Shown here: piece by piece, positions 47,731-59,273 of the stretch
How the letters are laid out: every line of letters starts with the position of its first letter
Position numbering within the stretch: position 1 is the stretch's first letter
Assembly (NCBI GenBank): GCA_032718475.1
Contig: JAUCBJ010008627.1
Coordinates: forward strand, 1 to 64,000
DNA from: Nemertoderma westbladi
Lineage: Eukaryota; Animalia; Xenacoelomorpha
DNA: 64,000 nt
Direction of reading: 5' to 3'
Notes under the pieces: generated by a model
Seen by the model: only the letters and a program-made list of their open reading frames with translations
The model's database searches: none
Told to the model about the DNA's origin: nothing
Translations under genes and position numbers: made by a program

Positions 47731-50504
47731 TTATTCTCTGTCAGATTCCCTTCACACCATAGGCAAACATTGTTGAGGCTGAGGGAATTTACTTTAGTTT
47801 ACTCTACTGAGTCATTCAGCTGAATGGATTTGAGCAATTGCCAAATTACAGAGTGGGATCTCTCTCTGACCATAGATAAATAACACTTCCCTTCTGAACA
47901 AAGGTAAACATTGTTGAGGGAACTTACCTTTGATTGACGACTTCCGACTTGCTTAACGGCGTCTTGACGCCGTCTCTAGTTAGGAACCGAGAGGTTCATT
48001 ACTGTAAGAATTGTTGGTGGCTGGCTGGTTAATCTATAGCCAAAACTACTCTAACGATTTTGATGAAATTTTCACAGCGGCTGGATACCGCGATTCTAAG
48101 GTCCCTGGTATGTTCCGCTATTTCGTCCATGAGCCGTGGGCTCGAAAAATAGACATAAACGAAAAAACGCCATATGCGCAATGGTAAAATAACACCAATA
48201 ACAGCTGGTGTCGTGATGAAAAATGGCTTATGTAATGGATTTCTACACAAGGCTTAGTATAAATCGATGAGGTTGCCAAGATTATTGTACTTAGTACACC
48301 CATACTGTTTGTTTAGGCCCTAGGACACTCTGTCAAAGCAAATATTAACTGGTTGGTTTAGTTAGAAATCTAATATCGCCTCAGCTGAATTACTCTTCCC
48401 AATGCAATCTATGGGAATATCTCACTCTGCTAATGTAAGCTGAATGACTGTTACGTACACAGTGAGTTGGCTACATTAATGCCAACATTATTGCAAAATG
48501 TTTTATTGTTGGATTACTCTCTGTCAGTCACCCCTTCAGAACATTTTATAGGGAACTTACTTTAGTTTACTCTACTGTGCCATTCAGCTGAATGGATTTG
48601 AGCGATTGCCAAGTTACAGAGTTGGATCATTCTCTGACCATTGGCAAAGACATCAAATGTTTTTAAAAATATACTTTTTCCATGTTTTTTTTTCTGACCA
48701 AAAATTTCAAAAAAAAATTTTTCGTAGCCAGTACTGCCAATCGATTCGCCATCAAAAATAACGCAAAAAATTTTTTTTGCAAAGTTTTAAATTACTGTAA
48801 ATTTTTGGCGACTGGGGGGGGTCAATTTTTTTCGATCCGCTATAACTCCGGAACGCTTTGTCCAAATTCGATGGGGTTTTCATTTTTCAACTTAATTTGA
48901 TGTCCTCTTTCAGCCTATCCATGTTTCCAAACCCCAAACAGCGCCGTTCAAAAATTAATTTTTTCCAGTTCTAGAATTTTACAAATTTCAAAAAAGTTGC
49001 AGTATTTTATTAACCCCTTTACGGAATTCGATAGCGTTTTCGATTTTTATATTAAACGCAATATCCTGAATCTCACTAGCCTAGTTTCGCGTCACCAACG
49101 CCAAGACTTCATACTTTTTGAGGAAAATTTTTCTAGAATAATTTTTATTTATTTACATTTATCGCGATTTCTTATTACTGGTTGCACTTGAATTGATGGA
49201 GTTTTCAATTTATTAACTAAACACGATATCGCGCATCGCACCAGCGTGGTTTCGAAATTCCAAAACGAGGTCTTCACTAGTTGCAGGTCGATTTTGTTCT
49301 AGAATTGAGTAACTAATAATAGATCGAATTTATTAATAATTATTGTATGAAATAAGATTGTATTTTTACATAATTATTAGTTCTATAATAATTCTCGTTG
49401 TCTCTTTTATTTGAAATAAAAAGTCGGTTCCTTATCGGGCCGCTAGGCCCATCACTAGTTAGGAACCGAGAGGTTCATTACTGTAAGAATTGCTCGTGGC
49501 TGGCTGGCTGGCTGGCTGGCTAATCTATAGCCAAAACTACTCTAACGATTTTGATGAAATTTTCACAGCGGCTAGATACCGCGATTCTAAGGTCCCTGGT
49601 ATGTTCCGCTATTTCGTCCATGAGCCGTGGGCTCGAAAAATAGACATAAACGAAAAAACGCCATAGGCGCAATGATAAAAACACCAGCTGGCACTCATGA
49701 AAAATGGATAGAGATAGCCTAGTAATGCTATTCTATAGGAATGGCCACCTAACAAGGAAATGCTTTCTCTGCCAAGTATTATCCTCACTCTACAACTCAG
49801 ACAGTAAGCAAACAAAAGCCGTGGGATTCTAATGTATTACATCATAAGCTGATTGCTCTCCCAATAGCCCTCACACACTCACTGAATCCAATGAAATCGA
49901 ATATCTATTAGCTTAATGCGAATAGCTGGTAAGCTGAATGCCATTTTAGTTATTGTGTAGGCCTACTACTGTTGACTGTAGAGTAGACTGCTATGTTGCA
50001 TGTATTTAATTAAAATAATTTTCGTAGAGGGAAGTTAATTTGGGATTACTCTCTATCAGATGTAAGCAAAGCTGTTCAATGGGGTGGGTCATGGGACCCA
50101 AATATAGTACATTATGCATGGCAACGATTTCTGATATAATTAAAATACAAATTGTTTATTTTTATTTTATATCTATTTTATTGATAAAATAATAATATGA
50201 TTTTACCGAATTTCATTTACCCCGTTGGGGAGTGTATATTATTATATTATTATTAAAATACAAGACAGGGGCTTGTTTCGATATATGTAGTTGCGCCCTT
50301 CGAGCAGCACGTGAGTTAATCAAATATTAGACACAATGTTTGACTTTGTCCCTTCTAGCAGCACGTGAGTTTTGCTTTGACCCTTGATATATGATGTTGC
50401 GCCCTTCGAGCAGCACGTGAGTTACATCAAATAATAGACACACTGTTTGACTTTGTCCCTTCGAGCAGCACGTGAGTTTGGCTTTGACCCTTCCAGCAGC
50501 GTGT

Positions 50505-51350
50505 GTCAATCGAGCCGAATCATACTGATCGAGCCGAATAGAACCAATCGAGGCGATCAAGCCGAGTCGAGCCCAATCGAGCCGAGTCAAGCCGAACGGA
50601 GCCGAGTTGAGCCCAATCAAGCCTAGTCGAGCCAGACTGAGGCGAGGCAAGCCCAATCGAGTCGAGTCGAGCCCAATAGAGCCGAGTCTAGCGCAATCAA
50701 TCCTAGTCGAGCCTAATTGAGCCAGACCGAGCCAAGTCGAGCCCAATCGAGCCAGACTGAGCCAAGTTGAGACAAATCGAGCCGAGTCAAGCCCAATCAA
50801 TCCCAATCGAGCCGAGTCGAGCGGATTGAGCCCAATTGAGCCAAGTCGAGCCAGACCGAGCCGAGTCGAACCCAATCGAGCCGATTGAGCCGAATCGAGC
50901 TGAGTCGACTCAGACCGAGCCGAGCCGAGCCCATTGAGCCGTGTCACGCCAATTTGAGCCGGACTGAGTCGCGTCGAGCCCAATCAAGCCGAGTCGAGCC
51001 CAATCGAATCGAGTCGAGCCCAATAGAGCCGAGTCGAGCCCAATCAAGCCTAAGTCGAGCCCAATCGAGCCGGACTGAGCCAAGTAGAGCCAAATCAAGC
51101 CGAGTCAAGCCCAATCAATCCCAATCGAGCCGATTCGAGCCCAATCGAGCCGAGTCGAGCCCAATCGAGCCAATTCGAGCCAAGTCGAGCCGGACCGAGC
51201 CGAGTCGAACCCAATCAAGCCGATTGAGCCGAATCGAGATGTGTCAAGTCGAGCCCAATCAAGCCGAGTCTAGCCCAATCGAGCCAAACCGAGCCGATCA
51301 AGCCAAGTCGAACTGAATCGAGCCCAATCGTGCCAGACCGAGCCAAGCTC
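50505..51350. repeat. Degenerate GCCGA-derived satellite (GAGCC/GAGTC/CAATC mosaic)
   Basis: Direct reading; homologous to 35680-36055. Confidence 0.9.
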
Positions 51351-53134
51351 ATTGTCTCTTTTATTTGAATTACAAAGTCGGTTCCTTATCGGGCCGCTAG
51401 GCCCGTCACTAGTTAGGAACCGAGAGGTTCATTACTGTAAGAATTGTTGGCTGATTGATTGACTGGCTGGCTGGTTAATCTACAGCCAAAACTACTCTAA
51501 CGATTTTGATGAAATTTTCACAGCGGCTAGATACCGCGATTCTAAGGTCCCTGGTATGTTCCGCTATTTCGTCCATGAGCCGTGGGCTCGAAAAATAGAC
51601 ATAAACGAAAAAACGCCATAGGCGCAATGGTAAAATAACACCAATGACAGCTGGTGTCGTGATGAAAAATGGCTTATGTAATGCATTTCTACACAAGGCT
51701 TAGTAATAAATCGATGAGGTTGCCAAGATTATTATACTTAGTACACCCATACTGTTTGTTTAGGCCCTAGGACACTCTGTCAAAGCAAATATTAACTGGT
51801 TGGTTTAGTTAGAAATCTATTATCGCCTCAGCTGAATTACTCTTCCCAATGCATTCTATGAGAATATCTCACTCTGCTAATGTAAGCTGAATGACTTTAA
51901 GTACAGTGTGTTGGCTACATTAATGCCAACATTATTGCAAAATGTTTTATTGTTGGATTACTCTCTGTCAGTCTCCCCTTCAGAACATTGTATAGGGAAT
52001 TTACTTTAGTTTACTCTACTGTGCCATTCAGCTGAATGGATTTGAGCGATTGCCAAGTTACAGAGTTGGATCATTCTCTGACCATAGGCAAAGACATCAA
52101 ATCTTTTTAAAAATATACTTTTTTCATGTTTTTTTTTCTGACCAAAAATTTCAAAAAAAATTTTTTCGTAGCCAGTACTGCCAATCGATTCGCCATCAAA
52201 AATAACGCAAAAAATTTTTTTTGCAAAATTTTAAATTACTGTAAATTTTTGGCGACTGGGGGGGGGGTCAATTTTTTTCGATCCGCTATAACTCCGGAAC
52301 GCTTTGTCCAAATTCGATGGGGTTTTTATTTTTCAATTTAATTCGATGTCCTCTTTCAGTCTATCCATGTTTCGAAACCCCAAACAGCGCCGTTCAAAAT
52401 TTAATTTTTTCTAGTTCTAGAATTTTACAAATTTCAAAAAAGTTGCAGTATTTTATTAACGCCTTTACGGAATTCGATAGCGTTTTCGATTTTTATATTA
52501 AACGCAATATCCTGAATCTCACTAGCCTAGTTTCGCGTCACCAACGCCAAGACTTCATACTTTTTGAGGAAAATTTTTCTAGAATAATTTTTTTTAATTA
52601 CATTTATCGCGATTTCTTATTACTGGTTTCACATGAATTGATGGAGTTTTCAATTTATTAACTAAACACGATATCGCGCATCGCACCAGCGTGGTTTCGA
52701 AATTCCAAAACGAGGTCTTCACTAGTTGCAGGTCGATTTTGTTCTAGAATTGAGCAACTAATAATAGATCGAATTTATTAATAATTATTGTATGAAATAT
52801 GATTGTATTTTTACATAATTATTAGTTCTATACTCGCCCTTCGAGCAGCAAGTGAGTTAATCAAATATTAGACACAATGTTTGACTTTGTCCCTTCGAGC
52901 AGCACGTGAGTTTGGCTTTGACCCATCGAGCAGCACGTGAGTTACATCAAATAATAGACACACTGTTTGACTTTGTCCCTTCGAGCAGCACGTGAGTTTT
53001 GCTTTGACCCTTGATATATGATGTTGCGTCCTTCGAGCAGCACGTGAGTTACATCAAATAATAGACACACTGTTTGACTTCGTCCCTTCGAGCAGCACGT
53101 GGGTTTGGCTTTGACCCTTCCAGCAGCGTGTGTC

Positions 53135-53785
53135 AATCGAGCCGAATCATACCGATCGAGCCGAATAGAACCAATCGAGGCGATCAAGCCGAGACGAGCC
53201 AATCGAGCCGAGTTAGCCGAATGGAACCGAGTTGAGCCCAATCAAGCCGAGCGATCCAAACTGAGCCGAGACAAGCCCAATCGAGTTGAGTCGAGCCCAA
53301 TAGAGCCGAGTCGAACCCAATCAATCCTAGTCGAGCCCAATTGAGCCGGACCGAGCCAAGTCGAGCCCAATCGAGCCATACTGTGCCAAGTTGAGCCAAA
53401 TCAAGCCGAGTCAAGCCCAAATCAATCCAAACCGAGCCGAGTCGAGTGGATTGAGCCGAGTCGAGCCCAATCAAGCCTAGTCGCGCCCAATTGAGCCGGA
53501 CCGAGCCCAGTCGAGCTAGACTGAGCCAAGTTGAGCCAAATCGAGCCGAATCAAGACCAATCAAGCCCAATCGAGCTGAGTCGAGACCAATCGAGCCGAG
53601 TCGAGCCCAATTGAGCCAAGTCGAGCCAGACCGAACCGAGTCGAACCCAATCAAGCCGATTGAGACGAATCGAGCTGAGTCGAGTCGAGCCCAATCAAGC
53701 TGAGTCGAGCCCAATCGAGCCAAACCGAGCCCATCAAGCCAAGTCGAACTGAATCGAGCCCAATCATGCCAGACCGAGCCGAGCT
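53135..53785. repeat. Degenerate GCCGA-derived satellite
   Basis: Direct reading; same flanks as the other satellite blocks. Confidence 0.9.
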
Positions 53786-53856
53786 CGTTGTCTCTTTTAT
53801 TTGAAATAAAAAGTCGGTTCCTTATCGGGCCGCTAGGCCCGTCACTAGTTAGGAAC

Positions 53857-54680
53857 CGAAGGTTACTTTCTGTAAGAATTTGATGTAATAGTAGTAATAG
53901 TAATAGTAATATTTTGAAGCGAAATAACATAAAAACGGCTCTAACGATTTTGTTAAAATTTTGCATAACGCAATGTTTTGATGACCACTATCGTTTCCCG
54001 CTGGTCCCATGTCTGTCCATAGAATGTGGGCTCGAAAAATAGTCATAAACGAAAAAACGCCATAGGCGCAATGATAAAACACCAGCTGGAGTGCATGAAA
54101 AATGTATAGAGGGCCTAGTGATTCTATTCAATAGAGAAAGGGCCAACTAACAAGGATGTACTTTCTGTGCCAAGTTTTTATTTAATCACTCACTCTTTCA
54201 ACCCAGACTATAAGCAAACTTTAACTTGGTTAGTAATCTACTATTATCCCATCAGCTGAATAACTCTTCGAAGGTTACTTTCTGTAAGAATTTGATGTAA
54301 TAGTAGTAATAGTAATAGTAATATTTTGAAGCGAAATAACATAAAAACGGCTCTAACGATTTTGTTAAAATTTTGCATAACGCAATGTTTTGATGACCAC
54401 TATCGTTTCCCGCTGGTCCCATGTCTGTCCATAGAATGTGGGCTCGAAAAATAGTCATAAACGAAAAAACGCCATAGGCGCAATGATAAAACACCAGCTG
54501 GAGTGCATGAAAAATGTATAGAGGGCCTAGTGATTCTATTCAATAGAGAAAGGGCCAACTAACAAGGATGTACTTTCTGTGCCAAGTTTTTATTTAATCA
54601 CTCACTCTTTCAACCCAGACTATAAGCAAACTTTAACTTGGTTAGTAATCTACTATTATCCCATCAGCTGAATAACTCTT
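53857..54680. repeat. Apparently exact 412-bp tandem duplication in the last array unit
   Basis: CGAAGGTTACTTTC starts at 53857 and again at 54269. Confidence 0.9.
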
Positions 54681-57074
54681 CCCCGTGCTTCCTAAGGGAA
54701 TATCTACAAGGTGGTGGTGGGTTGTGGGTCAGCGGAATGAATTTTAGTTACACACATAGTGCTGGTTACCGTTAATGGTACTATACTCAGCTAATAATAA
54801 AATAATAATTGATGTATTTAAAAATCCGAGAGGGGGGTGAGTTAGTGACTTGCTTGACAAACATTAATTATATTAATCTGTCAAACCAGAGGGAATACAG
54901 AGTGGGATCTACAGTACCTGTCTCTGTATAACTTTTTGCCCAGCTGATAGCTCCTTTAATCCAACACAAACTGTTGCCCTGGATTCAATGAATGCGAATG
55001 TCTATTACAGTAGGTTCCTGGGAAAAGCTGGCCACCTGAATGACTTTTTAGTTATAGAGTAGTGTACACGAGTGAGGCTTAACTCTCTCAGCGAACAATT
55101 ATAATTATACTATGGCTAGTTATATATTCTGATATTGGCTTCCGACACACACACTGAAACCTACACCTAAGTTCGCTGGTTATTCGCAGTTCTGACTCGC
55201 CATATATGAACCTAACTGTATGGTACTATTGATAAACTATACTAATTGCAATGTTCAATTAAAATCAGAGTTTGGAGGTCTAATTATGTTTTGGCAACAT
55301 TAATACTATGAGTGGTGTTTGGTATTATATATAATTTTGATGTAGACAGGATATATGTTGCCCTAACTGCTTTAATAATTACTAGGAACAGATTATGAGA
55401 TATATGAGTTTCTTTTCCCTAAATTGAGAATTTAACATTGAGGCGGGATATTAATTCGCCAAGGTAGGTTTTGCGTCCACTTCCCCCCCTGTCTCCTTTG
55501 TTCACTACCTTGGTGCAATTTTTTATTATAAATGCTGAACATACGTGCAAATTACAGTATTAGTATAGGTAGTGCTGGCTGATACTGGGTGCTCATATTT
55601 GCAACCATTTGTAACAAATTGTAACCAGGGACATCAATTCGTGACAAGTGCTCATATTTTTAACCAAACACATTGATTCGTAATGCGGAAATACAGATTT
55701 GTAACCAGGCGCTCAGATTCGAAACTGGTTTAGAGTTGATATCCTGAAAAAAATAGTTAGCGGCTTATGGCCTGTAAAAATATTAGTTTCGGTTTAACTT
55801 CGGTTCCTTCACGGCGTCTCGACGCCGTCTTTAATATTATGTTTGTGATTATCATAATATCTCTCCACCTGGTATTAATTTAAAATCTTCGACAATAATA
55901 TTTTCCCCCCCCCCCCCCTCCCGTGCCTTTCAACCGTGACTCTCGCCCTCCCCCCAGAGATAGAACCAACTTTGATGAAATAGAACTAAACTTTGAAACA
56001 CGTGTTGTATATAAAAAGTTTAGAAATTATACGCACAGACAGCCTTATATAGTTTATTCTGTTCGTCATATACCTTTTACCTATTATCGCCTTCTATTCT
56101 CGTTGTATTTTTGGCAAAAAGTTGACCTGACTGCAGGACACTATCTCTGCTGCAGGGCAGGGCTGCTAGGCACTAGGTAGGCCTATTGTTTAGATTGTTA
56201 ATACCGTAACTACTGTAGGCACATCATTGGCCGACTTTCAGCTACAAAATGTAAATTAAGGCTTTCCCTATAATTTGAGGTAACACTGGCTAGCCGCTAG
56301 ATAATTCCATAATTACAAATGTTTAGTCTCACTTTCAACATTTATGGCTGACTTGGTCCAGCCATAAAGGTTGATTTTTTTTAAGGTAGTTATTTTTTGC
56401 CCTATATTTTTTACTCAAATGCCCTATATTTTTTTCGAATACTTTTATGCCCTATATTTTTTGGACTAGAAAAACTGCTATACTCGACTATCAGACTGTT
56501 GCTTATTTTACTGTATTACTGTCAATAAACAACTCAAATAGACCCGTCTCTATGAGAAACACTTTGTAATTTATACACAACACTTAATAAGAAATTATTT
56601 ATTATATTATAGGCCTAATCCAAAATTAAAATGAACAATTAATATAAAAGATAAGTATTGTTAGAAATTCACTAGGTCTATTACAATACAAATTAAACAA
56701 AAAACGTAATAATTAAAAAATTGACCATATTAACTGATTAATGTACCAACACAGTTGAATAAGTTACTACAGTAGAAAGTTCATTAGCGAATTACAAATA
56801 CAGGTATTCAAATGAAAGAATTAACAACGATAAATACAGTAGGAAGAAATCCACTACTGCACTAGGCCTATTGCAATTACAAATTAGAACTAGAGTAATA
56901 AAACGACGTAATTAAGAAATTTACTATATTAATGGGATCGAAAATTCCACAATCTTTCTTAGATTATAGCCTCATGACTTAGGGTTACATGACAGTTTTA
57001 ATTAGTGTTTGGGCCTGACCAACTACTGAACTAACCCAAACCAAAAAATAAACCAATAAATCTAAGTTAAAGTA

Positions 57075-57440
57075 CGGGGTTATGGTGCGTTAGGTCCTGG
57101 AAGCAGTACTGCATTAGGTCCTGGTAGCGTTAGGTCCGTGCCATGGGAAAGATTAGGCTGTTTGGTCAGTAGGTACAAAAGATAAACCAGGCAGGTTAGT
57201 AAAGGAACAGTTTACACAGAGGCGAGTTGAAAGGACAGAAGGAACCAATACAATAAACGAGAGTTAGGAATATTGTAGAATCAGTGAATAGAAAACCATA
57301 GTCAGATAATGCTACAGGAACTAAAGCTACAGGACACACAGGCAGCCAGGACCTAATGCGCCAGGACCTAAAGCTGCAGGGCCTAACACACGCTAGCTAC
57401 AGGACCTATCCGCCAGAACCTAAAGCTACGGCAGTACGTG
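57075..57440. mobile_element. Possible MITE or foldback remnant
   Basis: Three TAGGTCC(TGG) repeats at the left face several (CC)AGGACCTA repeats at the right; termini unresolved. Confidence 0.45.
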
Positions 57441-58023
57441 ACCTATAACGCTGCATTACTCTGTCTGTCTGTGCGGAACGCTAGGCCACTACAGTATTAT
57501 TATATTGCTGTACTGTAAGTCTATAGGAAGGGGGGACACCTGTGACAAATCAAATTTAAACTGAATTTAGAAGAAGCGCAAAATAAAGAGGTTGTTATAT
57601 ATCTAAACCATATAAAACATAGCGATTGCATAGTTGTAGTATTGTACTGTATAAGGAAATAGTTATTATAGCCAAAACAAAGCAGAACAGAATTGAGAAG
57701 AGATAAGAACTAAGTTCTTATCTATCACTGTATCACATTAATTGCATATAGTACAGTAGGCCCTGCCTAGTAGTAGTATTACGTACATACAGTAGTTAGT
57801 TTAAAATTGCCAAGGTCAGAAGGTAAGGTGTAAGAATTGAATGCCAGCATCAGACAGTCAAAGCAAGTTATTATTTGCAAATTGAGCTACTGTACATGTT
57901 TACCTAGCCGCTGAAGGTAATTCATGTATACACGTTCGTGGGGCCTTCACGCAGCACGAGGCTCAGTTATGAGATACATATTAATATTGAGCGATTCTAC
58001 TGTATCACTCATGATTATATCGG

Positions 58024-59195
58024 TGTTCGCGCTTTTAGACCTTTAGCAGTTTAACCTGCCAAATTTAGGTGTCTTCTAGGTTATAAATCGACTTTAGCCT
58101 ATAACAAGTATTTGATACACATAAAGCTACATTAGCCGAAGCCAGCCTATGCGCGATCATTCACCCACGGTTAAGGGAGACTGGATTCGGATGCTCTGAC
58201 CTTATTGCGGTGTAGACCTACTGTATTATTCGATTGATCGTTACTACAATATCTCTGACAAATATTATTCACTTTCGGGAAATATTAACAGTTCCTTTAG
58301 GACGTGGTGCTCTAAGTATGTAAACAGAGTTATGACTTACACTAAACACAACGGGATGGCTAATGATTTACGTATAAAGCGCATTCTTTAGGAAATGCTT
58401 TGTTATCTATCACACTCATGCACACTACCGCACACTGCTGCACACTGATCTGCCGACCTTCACTAATTTTAATCATATATAAGGAGAACAGCAACTGACA
58501 CATGTAGGGTCTATGAAATAGCATTCAATTCACTCCAAAACCACTATAATGTAAGTCGCAATTGCTATATGTAACCGGTCTCTCTAACCTTTAGTATATC
58601 AAGAAGATTGGGGTTTTATGATTATTTATCGATATTCTCCAAATATAGCAATATTCCATCAACTGATAACAATTAATAACCGACAGTAAATAGCAGTAAA
58701 ATAATGCGGTGAAAGATTGTATGGTATGATATGGGCTGATATGATAGGATAACAGTTATACGTTTCTATGATCAAAGCCGTTCTAATGTTTTGCTAAAGT
58801 CTGAAACACAGAATAATTCCACAGCCGATGTTCTGGGCTCAGGAAAAAAGGTAAACAAAGACCATAATGCATTGCACGATTTCGCGGAGGCTTCTGTGCA
58901 AATAAAATGAAAATCACTCTGATTGGTCGAGCCGAACAAAGAACAAAGAAAAGCTCTACGTGGACATATCAGCTGATAGATGTCGTCATCTGAACTACAC
59001 TGTATCAAGAGTATTTTGGCGTATTGCGGCATAAAATCGCTAGTTATGTCCGCTAAAGTACACATACAGAAAAAATGGCTTTTTATGTCCACTAAAACAC
59101 CTACACAGTAAGAAAACGGCTTTTTATGTCCGCTAAAACGCCTACAGAGTACTTTGCGGGGAAAATGACTAGCTAGATCCGCAAAAGCCTTTACA
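58024..59195 (-). repeat. Complete 3' LTR of copy 2 (1172 bp)
   Basis: Reads TGTTCGCG...CCTTTACA on the plus strand and is homologous to 20303-21477. Confidence 0.93.
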
Positions 59196-59273
59196 CCGCT
59201 CCCAGAAAATGGGATTTAATTCTATAAAATATAAAAAATCACAGTTTCTAAAATATAAAAATACTCTAAACAG

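Larger units (their letters stand above)
29831..55830 (+). mobile_element. Head-to-tail array of about 13 non-autonomous Helentron-type (HINE/DINE-1-like) rolling-circle elements
   Basis: Unit starts at 29831, 31227, 32815, 34510, 37664, 39164, 40664, 42749, 46472, 47980, 49459, 51413 and 53849. A typical unit has TT+AGGAACCGA, a (CTGR)n microsatellite and a core AACTACTCTAACGATTTTGATGAAATTT. It ends with TCGGTTCCT (inverted subTIR), the hairpin CGGGCC-GCTA-GGCCCG and CTAGTT. Confidence 0.82.

Noticed and set aside
30385-52661. Recurrent ORFs such as MFFFLTKNFKK..., MATGGGQFF... and ...RLMDEIAEHTRDLR as a tandem gene family
   Set aside because: Frames shift with homopolymer length between units, stops vary and no domain is recognisable; this is non-coding element interior.
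55600-56462. Short TTTGTAACC and GCCCTATATTTTTT repeats and the 85-aa ORF at 55923
   Set aside because: Probably fragments of old DNA transposons; no termini or coding signal can be established.
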